DNA of 64,000 nucleotides from a virus (taxonomy: Duplodnaviria; Caudoviricetes). Made by a program: the position numbers and the translations under genes. Positions 19,387 to 28,053 of this stretch are shown here, one piece after another (within the stretch, counting starts at the first letter, position 1; every line of letters begins with the position of its first letter). Under the pieces are notes generated by a model that did no database searches, was not told where the DNA came from, and saw only the letters and a list, made by a program, of their open reading frames with translations. The stretch is taken from IMG/VR virus record IMGVR_UViG_2912829908_000001, positions 3,164 through 67,163 of that record; one strand, 5' to 3'.

Positions 19387-20261
19387 TAGCTGTAGCACCT
19401 TCGGTCAGCAATGGCCGTAGCAAACCCGCCTAAACGGTGAAACTCTTTACAAGACAATACCGTGCTAAATCTTCGTCGCAGGAGAGGGGAACGGTTGAGA
19501 TAAGATACGGATTCATTTATATTACCGTAAATAAAAAGAGTAATAAACGGTATGTAGGTAAGTGCGTGTACGGAAGAATAAACTCATGGGAAAACTACCT
19601 CGGTAGTGGAGTGTATTTAAAACGTGCAATAAGGAAACACGGAAGAGATAACTTTTTTCGAATTATAATTGACGAAGCCGATTCCGAAGAAGAATTGCGT
19701 GAGATCGAAGAATATTATCTTGAGATGTTTGATGCGGTAGATAGTAATGCTTTTTATAATCTAAAAGACACCTCAATCGGAGGAGATACTTTCACCCATC
19801 ATCCAGAAAAAGAAAGGATTAGAAAACTAAAAAGCTATAACGCAAGTGGTTCTCGCAATCCTATGTATGGAGTGCCTAAGACAAAAGCTAATATTGAGGC
19901 GACAAGAAAAGCGAATAGTAAGCCGGTAGAGATAGACGGGAAAATCTATAGAAGCTCTACGGAATACGGCCGACTATTCGGAATTGGAGTTACAACGGTT
20001 ATCTACCGTATAAACTCACCTAATTATCCGAATTATAAACGAATTGTCTAACGAAGTCAATGAAAAACCTGCGACGAAGTAAATGCCGAACGACTATCGA
20101 AACCACGCAATTGCGGAAGGGAGTAGAGTACATCGCAAGCTTACGGCGATGGAAACGGCGGGCGGCCTTTTGGGCCGATGATATAGTCTATTCTTGCGGG
20201 CGACCGTAAGCAGTTCATAAGAGAACGGGCGAGAGTGTTGCGGCTTTCGTCGAATATAAAG
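19387..20261 (+). mobile_element. group I intron in nrdE
   Basis: 5' exon ends in U (TGT), intron ends in G; splicing restores FSNLC-SEVLQ in frame; P/Q/R/S-like elements AAACGGTGAAAC, ATACCGTGCTAA, GAACGACTA, GATATAGTC; 12-bp stem 19471-19482/20068-20079 brackets the ORF. Confidence 0.92.
19437..20051 (+). CDS. intron-encoded GIY-YIG homing endonuclease (5' start doubtful)
   Basis: YGFIYITVNKKSNKRYVGK, E...RE.YY, NUMOD-like C-terminus. Confidence 0.8.
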   Translation: MKLFTRQYRAKSSSQERGTVEIRYGFIYITVNKKSNKRYVGKCVYGRINSWENYLGSGVYLKRAIRKHGRDNFFRIIIDEADSEEELREIEEYYLEMFDAVDSNAFYNLKDTSIGGDTFTHHPEKERIRKLKSYNASGSRNPMYGVPKTKANIEATRKANSKPVEIDGKIYRSSTEYGRLFGIGVTTVIYRINSPNYPNYKRIV

Positions 20262-21218
20262 TCAGAAGTACTACAATCATCTCAGGTTTCGGAATACGCC
20301 GACTACGGCGAAGAAGACGAAATCGGCCTCGATATCTCGTGTAATCTCGGATCGCTCAACGTTGCGAACGTTATGGCAAACGGAGACTTCGAATCTATCG
20401 TCAAGCTGTCCGTCGATGCCCTCACGCGAGTCTCGGAAACTTCGAATATCAAGAACGCGCCGGCAGTCGCAAGAGCTAACCGCGAGATGCGTTCGATCGG
20501 CCTCGGCGCGATGAATCTGCACGGCTATTTAGCGCAGAATGGCATCGCTTATGAATCGGAGGAAGCGCGGGATTTCGCTAACGTATTCTTCGCGCTGGTG
20601 AATTATTGGTCGCTTGTGCGTTCGAATGAATTGGCGCAGCAGACCGGGACCACTTACGAAGGATTCGAAGGGTCGACGTATGCGGACGGTAGCTATTTCG
20701 ATAAGTACGTCGCAGGAGATTTCCGTCCTAAAACGGAGAAGGTTGCGCGGCTGTTTGAAGGCGTGATTATTCCAACACCTATCGGTTGGGCTCGGTTGGA
20801 AGATAACGTGCGTAAATACGGCCTTTACCATTCGTACAGACTTGCGATTGCACCGACCGGATCTATTTCGTATGTGCAGTCGGCTACGGCGTCAGTCATG
20901 CCGATTATGGAGCGCATCGAGGAGCGTACGTACGGCAATTCGAAAACGTATTATCCGATGCCGGGACTATCGCCGCAGAATTGGTTCTTCTACAAAGAAG
21001 CGTACGACATGGATATGTTTAAGGTCGTCGATATGATCGCGACGATTCAGCAGCACGTCGACCAAGGCATCTCGTTTACGCTGTTCTTGAAAGATACGAT
21101 GACGACGCGCGATCTGAATCGGATTGACTTATACGCACATCATCGCGGCATCAAAACGCTGTATTATGCGCGGACAAAGGATACAACTCAAGAAGGCTGC
21201 CTATCGTGTGCAGTCTAA
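20262..21218 (+). CDS. nrdE: NrdE exon 2
   Basis: ISCNLGSLN, LAIAPTGSIS, IKTLYYART, C-terminal CLSCAV. Confidence 0.92.
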   Translation, partial: SEVLQSSQVSEYADYGEEDEIGLDISCNLGSLNVANVMANGDFESIVKLSVDALTRVSETSNIKNAPAVARANREMRSIGLGAMNLHGYLAQNGIAYESEEARDFANVFFALVNYWSLVRSNELAQQTGTTYEGFEGSTYADGSYFDKYVAGDFRPKTEKVARLFEGVIIPTPIGWARLEDNVRKYGLYHSYRLAIAPTGSISYVQSATASVMPIMERIEERTYGNSKTYYPMPGLSPQNWFFYKEAYDMDMFKVVDMIATIQQHVDQGISFTLFLKDTMTTRDLNRIDLYAHHRGIKTLYYARTKDTTQEGCLSCAV

Positions 21219-21231
21219 GAGATAGTTACCT

Positions 21232-21744
21232 ATGAAAAATAGCTACGAAATTAGAGGCGATACAACCGCAATATTTATTGAAAGTAAGAAGTACGGGATT
21301 TTAGAAACTTTAATTTCCACTAGCGACTTAGAAAAAGCAAAAGAGATAGAAGGCTGGTGGCACGTGAGTTGGGATAATTGTGTAAAAAACTTCTACGTGA
21401 GAGGCAACAAAAGAAATTCGGGTGGATCATGGAGAAAGGTTCGATTGCATCGATGGATTATGGGTGTTAACGATTCAAAAGTTCAGGTAGATCATATTTT
21501 ACAAGATACTTTAGATAATTGCAGATGGGCGTTACGTGTGGTAACACCATCTCAGAATAGCCAAAACAGGGGCTTCCCGTCCAATAATACGAGCGGACAG
21601 AGAGGAGTTTATTGGAATGGTAGGTTAAATAAGTGGGAAGCGCGGATAGATGTTAATACGAAAACAAAATATCTAGGGTATTTCAGAAATAAAGAAGACG
21701 CAATTAATGCTAGAAAGTCAGCAGAGAGACTCTATTGGATATAA
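21232..21744 (+). CDS. free-standing HNH endonuclease with AP2-like domain
   Basis: LHRWIM..VDHI....LDN...LR..T.SQN; SGQRGVYW...KWEARI...YLGYF. Confidence 0.82.
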   Translation: MKNSYEIRGDTTAIFIESKKYGILETLISTSDLEKAKEIEGWWHVSWDNCVKNFYVRGNKRNSGGSWRKVRLHRWIMGVNDSKVQVDHILQDTLDNCRWALRVVTPSQNSQNRGFPSNNTSGQRGVYWNGRLNKWEARIDVNTKTKYLGYFRNKEDAINARKSAERLYWI

Positions 21745-21760
21745 AAAGGAGGACGAATAA

Positions 21761-22744
21761 TTGACGAACGCAAACGCAATCCATACGGCGGCCGACTGGT
21801 CGCGCCACGAAGACGACTTCACGCAAATGTTCTACGCGCAGAACGTTAAGCAGTTCTGGCTTCCGGAAGAGATTTCGCTAAATGGCGATCTCCTTTCGTG
21901 GAAGGCGTTGGGCCCGGCCGAGCAGACGACCTACATGCGGGGCCTTGCCGGCCTGACGCTATTGGACACCGAGCAGGGAAATACCGGAATGCCTCTCATC
22001 GCGCAGCATATCGACGGCCACCAACGAAAAGCCGTCCTGAATTTCATGGCGATGATGGAAAACGCAGTCCATGCGAAGTCCTATTCGAATATATTCATGA
22101 CGCTGGCACCGACGGAGACGATCAACGAAGTATTCGAGTGGGTTAAGGTCAATCCGTATTTGCAGCGGAAGGCGGCGTTGATAACCGGCCTATATCGCGA
22201 CATAAAAGAAGGCGATGTCCTTTCGCTATATAAGGCGCTTGTGGCTTCGGTTTACCTCGAAAGCTTCCTGTTTTATTCCGGCTTTTATTATCCGTTATAT
22301 TTCGCCGGCCAAGGCAAGCTAACGAGCAGCGGCGAGATCATTAACCTTATCATTCGCGATGAGGCGATCCATGGCGTGTACGTCGGCTTATTGGCGCAGG
22401 AGATCTACGGAAAGCAAGAGCCGGGCGTCCAGCTTGAGATGCGCGACTTTGCCGTCGAACTGTTGACGGAGCTGTACGATAATGAGGTCGCATATACCGA
22501 GGATCTATACGATGCGGTCGGCTTAACGCACGATGTGAAACGGTTCCTTCGATACAACGCGAATAAGTCGCTGCAAAACCTCGGTTTCGATCCGTATTTC
22601 GAAGAGGAAAGGCCGAACCCTATCGTCATGAACGGACTGAATACGAAGACGAAATCGCACGACTTCTTCTCGCAAAAAGGAAACGGCTATAAGAAGGCGA
22701 CGGTCGAAGCGATCAAAGATTCGGATTTTTATTTCGGCGAATAA
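21761..22744 (+). CDS. nrdF: class Ib RNR beta subunit NrdF (uninterrupted)
   Basis: [42 protein letters not shown]. Confidence 0.95.
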   Translation: MTNANAIHTAADWSRHEDDFTQMFYAQNVKQFWLPEEISLNGDLLSWKALGPAEQTTYMRGLAGLTLLDTEQGNTGMPLIAQHIDGHQRKAVLNFMAMMENAVHAKSYSNIFMTLAPTETINEVFEWVKVNPYLQRKAALITGLYRDIKEGDVLSLYKALVASVYLESFLFYSGFYYPLYFAGQGKLTSSGEIINLIIRDEAIHGVYVGLLAQEIYGKQEPGVQLEMRDFAVELLTELYDNEVAYTEDLYDAVGLTHDVKRFLRYNANKSLQNLGFDPYFEEERPNPIVMNGLNTKTKSHDFFSQKGNGYKKATVEAIKDSDFYFGE

Positions 22745-22800
22745 GCGTCCATTTTCCGGAGTAGATTCGCAGTTATATACGAAAGGAAATTATCTGGCGA

Positions 22801-22839
22801 TGTCGCAAAAGTGGCGATTACCTACCCGTTATATAAGTG
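22801..22839 (+). promoter_or_regulatory. phage-specific promoter-like motif 1 (copy B)
   Basis: TGTCGCAAAA-N10-CCTACCCGTTATATAAGTG directly before RBS GAGGAGG. Confidence 0.65.
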
Positions 22840-22854
22840 AGGAGGTTATCGCCT

Positions 22855-23001
22855 ATGAAACGATTTATCAGCGCCATGGCAACGATCATCGCCGGACTGC
22901 TTTTCGTTCTGCCGTACATCCATACGATAGGATTCCGGTGGTTTTCGATAGTGGCCGTGTTCGCCTTGATCGCGATATTAACGAAGGAGGAAACGAGATG
23001 A
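22855..23001 (+). CDS. small membrane protein, 48 aa
   Basis: hand-translated MKRFISAMATIIAGLLFVLP...; RBS GAGGAGG. Confidence 0.65.
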   Translation: MKRFISAMATIIAGLLFVLPYIHTIGFRWFSIVAVFALIAILTKEETR

Positions 23002-23621
23002 ACGTAAATATAAAACGATTATCACCGGACGCACAGATTCCGGCTTATGCGCACGCAACGGACGCCGGCTTTGATCTGGTCGCGGCAGAGGACGTAATTA
23101 TCGAGCCAGGCGAGACGGCGTGTGTGCCGACGGGCTTAGCGTTTGAGATTCCGGAAGGCTTTGAAATGCAGATTCGACCGCGCTCGGGCATTACGCTGAA
23201 GACGCCTTTGCGCGTGCAGCTCGGTACAATTGACGCAGGCTATAGGGGCGAGGTCGGAGTGATTGTCGACAATATCGCCGAGAGATCATCGGCAATCAAC
23301 TTAGACAACTGGACAAAGTACGAACATATTGACGGAACTACGACGGAAACAGCAAAGCATGCACGGTACTGTAAGCGATGGGGTGATTACGTCGAACAAG
23401 ATGAAGTTGCGTATAAGACGTACATCATCCGCAAAGGTGATCGCATCGCACAAGCCGTAATCAAGCCGGTCGAACAAGCGGTGTTTACGGAGGTTGATAC
23501 GCTCGGCGATAGCGATCGTGGTGCGGGCGGCTTCGGGAGTAGCGGGGTTACTGCGAAGAAGGAAGAAACGCATTTAAAATCCAGCGGACTAACATTTGAT
23601 TTGCCGAAGGAAGAATCTTAG
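22998..23621 (+). CDS. dut: trimeric dUTPase with internal insertion
   Basis: AGFDL, RPRSG, GTIDAGYRGEV, RIAQ, RGAGGFGSSG; start trimmed to ATG 22998. Confidence 0.92.
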   Translation: MNVNIKRLSPDAQIPAYAHATDAGFDLVAAEDVIIEPGETACVPTGLAFEIPEGFEMQIRPRSGITLKTPLRVQLGTIDAGYRGEVGVIVDNIAERSSAINLDNWTKYEHIDGTTTETAKHARYCKRWGDYVEQDEVAYKTYIIRKGDRIAQAVIKPVEQAVFTEVDTLGDSDRGAGGFGSSGVTAKKEETHLKSSGLTFDLPKEES

Positions 23622-23822
23622 ATGACGCAAATATATGCGTGCTTTCTGAACGGTAAGTTGTACGGATGCGGCGACATCGAGTATATGAACGACCTATTAC
23701 GCGATTACGTTGTTTATTGCGAAATGTACGGAAGAGATGACTGCACGTTCCGAATAACTACGAAAGAGAAAGCTCGTAGATTATTGATTAACGAACTATT
23801 TGCGAAAACGGCGGAGCGTTAA
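23622..23822 (+). CDS. hypothetical protein
   Basis: ORF track, abuts dut. Confidence 0.65.
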   Translation: MTQIYACFLNGKLYGCGDIEYMNDLLRDYVVYCEMYGRDDCTFRITTKEKARRLLINELFAKTAER

Positions 23823-23844
23823 AACGATTGGAGGATGGTGCAAT

Positions 23845-24123
23845 ATGAACAAAAAATACTTATGGAAATTCGGTTGGGGCTTCGGTTACGGAGAAGTAGG
23901 AGGGCTTTTTGTTGCGAGAGAAGAGGAAGTTGCTGAATTAATCGGAAAAGAAGTCTACTTCGGAGCGGTACTAGGTAAGCACAGCGAAGTTTACGGCGAA
24001 ATCGAAGAAGGTGATATCAAAAAAGTCGACCTTGATCCGGAAACAGTCGCAAAAGTATCCGCAGCTTTAGGCGATACATGGTCTGGATATAACCCGTTAC
24101 ATTACGTAGAGGAGGACGAATAA
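23845..24123 (+). CDS. hypothetical protein
   Basis: RBS GGAGG before ATG 23845. Confidence 0.7.
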   Translation: MNKKYLWKFGWGFGYGEVGGLFVAREEEVAELIGKEVYFGAVLGKHSEVYGEIEEGDIKKVDLDPETVAKVSAALGDTWSGYNPLHYVEEDE

Positions 24124-24888
24124 ATGGCGGAAACCAAAATGAACGTACAGCTAATCGCACATACGCAGTTGAGTCCGCATTTTTGGAAAGAATTGCGCCA
24201 AGATTGCGAAGAAATTTTCGACAAGGTGATAATGAAGGAGATATCCGAAGGCCAAGCGGTCGCCCTAACCGCAATCAGAACGTGCTATAGCGCCAATAAG
24301 CCGACCGAAATCGTCGCAAAGGAAGGCGCCAAGTATTTCGGCTCCAAAGCGTCAGATGGCGGCGCAGGCACGGACGCCGACCGGCTTTTCCGGCACATCT
24401 TCGCATCCAAACACACGTCGACGTTGGAGCATATCTCGTTCACCTTTGCGATCGAAGGCGTCAGCCGGGCGTTATTGGCGCAGCTTACACGGCATCGCGT
24501 TGGTTTTAGCTTCAGCGTCCAGTCACAGCGGTATGTGCGGATGGGAAGCGATGACAGATCGGGCGGGTTCGATTACGTGGTTCCGGACAGTGTCAAAGGA
24601 TCGACTGTTAAAGAAGCGCTTTTCCGAGCGGCAATGAGATCGCATCAGGAGGATTACGATGCGTTAAGATCGCAAGGGGTGCCCGCAGAAGATGCCCGCG
24701 CCGTCCTACCGAACGCAGCCGCAACGAATCTCGTGATGACTGCGAATCTGACCGCGTTGCTTTCGTTCTATTCTAAACGGAAGCCCGGAAAAGGAGCGCA
24801 AAAGGAAATTACCGAATTAGCCGAAGCGTTAAGACGCGAAGTGGTCGCCGTGGAGCCGTGGACTTCGCAGTTTTTTGAGGAGGTGTAA
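24124..24888 (+). CDS. thyX: flavin-dependent thymidylate synthase
   Basis: HTSTLEH, SRALLAQLTRHR, SVQSQRY, ARAVLPN. Confidence 0.92.
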   Translation: MAETKMNVQLIAHTQLSPHFWKELRQDCEEIFDKVIMKEISEGQAVALTAIRTCYSANKPTEIVAKEGAKYFGSKASDGGAGTDADRLFRHIFASKHTSTLEHISFTFAIEGVSRALLAQLTRHRVGFSFSVQSQRYVRMGSDDRSGGFDYVVPDSVKGSTVKEALFRAAMRSHQEDYDALRSQGVPAEDARAVLPNAAATNLVMTANLTALLSFYSKRKPGKGAQKEITELAEALRREVVAVEPWTSQFFEEV

Positions 24889-24890
24889 GC

Positions 24891-25481
24891 ATCGGTATAC
24901 TAACGAATCTAGCGATGTCAACGCAATTACTTACGAATCCAACCGCCAAGCCACCGGAGCCGCCACCGCCTGACCCGCCTCGCATCACCGAGGAAGAATC
25001 CGCGCTCCAAGAAGCGGAAGCCGTTATCGAAGGCAAGGACGCTGAATTGGCGGCCAAGGATGCGAAGATAAAGACGCTCGAATCCGAACTTGCTTCCGTA
25101 AAAGACGAAGTTAAGGCGCGGTCTGATGAAAAGCGCGAGAAGCCTTCGCATAAGCACGCACAAACATCCGGCTGGCAAACGTTCGAAGCGACCGCGTATA
25201 CGGCTTATTGTGCGGAAGGGTGTACCGGAACAACAGCGACCGGCCTCGACGTTAGACATACGATCTATCACGCAGGCAAGCGTATTATAGCGGTCGATCC
25301 GTCAGTGATTGCGTTAGGCTCAACGGTTGAGGTGCGGCAGGCAGACGGCACGACGTTCGAAGCCGAGGCGCAGGACACGGGCGGCGCGATTAAAGGCGCC
25401 AAGATTGACGTATTAGTTGCGCGAGAAGCCGACGCGGTACAGTTCGGGCGGCAGTCGGTACAGGTTCGCGTAATAAATTAA
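24891..25481 (+). CDS. 3D-domain (YocH/MltA-like) cell-wall protein with Pro-rich linker and coiled coil; likely ATC start
   Basis: FEATAY, IAVDPSVI.LGS, QDTGGAIKG.KIDV; first ATG at 24915 lacks an RBS. Confidence 0.8.
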   Translation: MGILTNLAMSTQLLTNPTAKPPEPPPPDPPRITEEESALQEAEAVIEGKDAELAAKDAKIKTLESELASVKDEVKARSDEKREKPSHKHAQTSGWQTFEATAYTAYCAEGCTGTTATGLDVRHTIYHAGKRIIAVDPSVIALGSTVEVRQADGTTFEAEAQDTGGAIKGAKIDVLVAREADAVQFGRQSVQVRVIN

Positions 25482-25499
25482 CGGGAGGGAGTCCGTGTA

Positions 25500-26045
25500 G
25501 TGGTAGTAACTATCGAGGAAATGACGGAAGAAGCTCGCCGATTTCTCTCAGTAAACTACGGAATAGATCTGCGAATCCCTGTACGAAGAAACAATAGGCT
25601 TAAAAGAACGTTAGGTCAGTTTATTCATAGAGGCAGGGAGTCTGATTGTATAGAGCTTAGTGGTATCTTACTAGATTATGGGGGTAAAGAGGCCGCTATT
25701 GATACTCTGAAGCACGAACTGATACATTACGCTCTTTTCGAGCTAGAGAAGCCGTATCGGGATGGAGATCCTACGTTTGAGAATGAGTTGCGAAAGCATA
25801 ACGTCAGCCCTACAGATACTCTAGAATGCTTCGGACCTATCGTTCGTTTCGAATGCGTGGAGTGCGGAAATGAAAGCTTTACCGAGACAAAGAGAGTGGG
25901 AATCAGTCCGCAAAGTTATAAAACGAAGTGTTGTAAGGCGGCTTTAATTAACGTTAGAAATGACGTCATTTATGGAGGGCGATCGGATGGAATTAAAGTT
26001 AAGTCAGGCGGAGATACAGAACGCGATAAACGATTACATTCGTAA
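25500..26045 (+). CDS. SprT-like metalloprotease with Zn ribbon
   Basis: TLKHELIHY (HExxH), CVEC...KCCK. Confidence 0.8.
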   Translation: MVVTIEEMTEEARRFLSVNYGIDLRIPVRRNNRLKRTLGQFIHRGRESDCIELSGILLDYGGKEAAIDTLKHELIHYALFELEKPYRDGDPTFENELRKHNVSPTDTLECFGPIVRFECVECGNESFTETKRVGISPQSYKTKCCKAALINVRNDVIYGGRSDGIKVKSGGDTERDKRLHS

Positions 26046-26157
26046 GAAAGGACTAAACGTGGATGTAAAACGGATTGAATACGTCGGTCCGTACGGGGAC
26101 TTTCTTAACTACCTTGATTATGCAGTAGTAGAATTTGAAAACAAGGAGGCGGAATAA
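25987..26157 (+). CDS. hypothetical protein
   Basis: RBS GGAGGG before ATG 25987. Confidence 0.6.
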   Translation: MELKLSQAEIQNAINDYIRKKGLNVDVKRIEYVGPYGDFLNYLDYAVVEFENKEAE

Positions 26158-26970
26158 ATGGCGGAAACTAACGCTAAGATTCACGTACTGGCTGACGAAA
26201 CACTTGGCGGCATCAAACGCGAATACGTAGAGGTCGATCGAAAGGCGATAGAGGGCGAAAGCATTGTTATCGTATGTACAAAGTTTCCGGAGGACGTGTA
26301 CAACAACGGAGATATTCTTACGGTAGATCGTGACTTTCACTCGGAAGAAGAGTACGTAGAAAGTGACGAAGCTATCTCAGTCGATTATAACTGTAGCGGG
26401 CTTATCTATCACGAAGAATACCACGTACTCGAACAGACCGACATCGTCCACATTGACGGCGAGCGCTACGAAATGATCGATAGGAAGGCGGAAGTTGGCG
26501 AGAAGGTTGTGCATGCGGATAAAGACTGCGGTGAATCTGACGGAGTAGTAACCGAAGTTACCTCAGTAGGCGTCAGTATGATTGACGTATCTGGTTACGA
26601 AGATTCCGATGGATGTTCTGTTTGCGGATTCTCTCACGGATATTATCGCGTACTCGTCCCGGTCGAAGCCGCCGAAGAGGAACCGAAGCCAGCCGACCCA
26701 ATCGACGTTATCGCCAGTTTAGCGCGAGAGGTTGCGGAAATGAAGCGTAAGGTGAGCGACCTTGAAACAACGGTTGAACGCCATGAGCGTGTGAATGACC
26801 GTCACAGAGACGAAATCGACACGCTGTATAAAGACAAACGGACGCTCGGCGAAGAGTTATCGCGGTTGAAGCAGGACGGGAATACACAGCAACCGACCGG
26901 AACTTCCTTCGCGGATTTCTGTGAAGGATATATTGCGTATTCAAAAGCGATGAAGGAGGCGCAACAGTGA
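26158..26970 (+). CDS. protein with two SH3/KOW-like repeats and a coiled coil
   Basis: RKAIEGESIVI / RKAEVGEKVVH...YRVLVPVE. Confidence 0.75.
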   Translation: MAETNAKIHVLADETLGGIKREYVEVDRKAIEGESIVIVCTKFPEDVYNNGDILTVDRDFHSEEEYVESDEAISVDYNCSGLIYHEEYHVLEQTDIVHIDGERYEMIDRKAEVGEKVVHADKDCGESDGVVTEVTSVGVSMIDVSGYEDSDGCSVCGFSHGYYRVLVPVEAAEEEPKPADPIDVIASLAREVAEMKRKVSDLETTVERHERVNDRHRDEIDTLYKDKRTLGEELSRLKQDGNTQQPTGTSFADFCEGYIAYSKAMKEAQQ

Positions 26971-27071
26971 ACGATGTAGATTACGTAATCTATTACGGAG
27001 AGGATATTTGCCTTAGAACTTACATTTATTACGAAGATTTCGAAGAGTCGGAGGAGGAGGAGCGCCCATGA
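26967..27071 (+). CDS. tiny acidic peptide, 34 aa
   Basis: hand-translated MNDVDYVIYYGEDICL...; RBS AAGGAGG, coupled at both ends. Confidence 0.5.
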   Translation: MNDVDYVIYYGEDICLRTYIYYEDFEESEEEERP

Positions 27072-27643
27072 AGCTTGCCCTGACCGCACCGTTACGCGCA
27101 GGCAAGTCGCAGGCCGCCGGTTATCTATCGACGTATTACGATTTCCAAACGTTCGCCTTCAGTGACGAATTAAAAGCGGCTTTCCATCGCGCATTCCCTT
27201 CCGTGCCTGAAAATCCGAAGCCACGCGCGTATTATCAAGAATTCGGTCAGGCGGCGCGGAAGATACTCGGAGAGAACGTCTGGATAGACGCATGCATGGC
27301 GAAAGTTGACGCATATACGGCGCTCTTCTCTCGCAAATGTGATTGCGGCTTAGCACCGTCCCTGAAGAATCGCGTACTGATCGAAGACGTTCGGCAGCAG
27401 AACGAATATGACCGGCTGCGCGCCGAAGGGTTTACTATCGTCCGCATCACAGCGCCGGCTGAACTACGAATCGAACGTGCACGAAAGGCCGGCGACGATT
27501 TCGATTTAGCAGCGCTCGATCATCCGACTGAAAAAGCGCTGCAAACTTTCGAAGTTGATTACGAAATTGTCAACGATGGGACGTACGAGCAGCTTTACGC
27601 GAAATTGGATGCGCTGGCTGCCGAGTTACTTGGCCGAGCTTAA
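27068..27643 (+). CDS. deoxynucleoside monophosphate kinase
   Basis: P-loop APLRAGKS, FAFSDELK, VWID, LIEDVRQQNE. Confidence 0.8.
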   Translation: MKLALTAPLRAGKSQAAGYLSTYYDFQTFAFSDELKAAFHRAFPSVPENPKPRAYYQEFGQAARKILGENVWIDACMAKVDAYTALFSRKCDCGLAPSLKNRVLIEDVRQQNEYDRLRAEGFTIVRITAPAELRIERARKAGDDFDLAALDHPTEKALQTFEVDYEIVNDGTYEQLYAKLDALAAELLGRA

Positions 27644-28009
27644 ATCGAAAGCATAAACGCCGGAAGGGTACGCCATATACGGCTGCTTCGCGGCTTCATC
27701 TTCGCCAATCATCTGAAAGCGTAGCGGAAGGTCCTCGTCTTTGAAGCCGGCCGCCTTAATTACTTTGCTTGCGGCTTTATTATACGAACGCTTATCGAAT
27801 TTGAACGGAGTCGCATCGGCCTTTACGCTTTCAGGCTTTGCGCAAACAAGGCGATTCGCTTCGTCATCGTAGCCGATCGTCAGGTAAAACGGTGCTTTGT
27901 CGGGCAGGCCGATGATCTTACGCGCGCCGGACGAAACGTATATTCTTCGTTGTTTATCAAGCGTTATGTAAGCGTCATTACTTTGCGCTGAAATCCAATT
28001 AATAACCAC
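27626..28009 (-). CDS. hypothetical protein (lone reverse gene)
   Basis: GTG 28009 after GAGGTG. Confidence 0.65.
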   Translation of the reverse strand: MVINWISAQSNDAYITLDKQRRIYVSSGARKIIGLPDKAPFYLTIGYDDEANRLVCAKPESVKADATPFKFDKRSYNKAASKVIKAAGFKDEDLPLRFQMIGEDEAAKQPYMAYPSGVYAFDLSSAK

Positions 28010-28053
28010 GCAATTCACCTCGATTATACATTATACGGAAATTATATTCGCTT

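Noticed and set aside
19387-19389. nrdE pseudogene (premature TAG)
   Set aside because: The TAG is the first triplet of a group I intron; splicing restores the frame.
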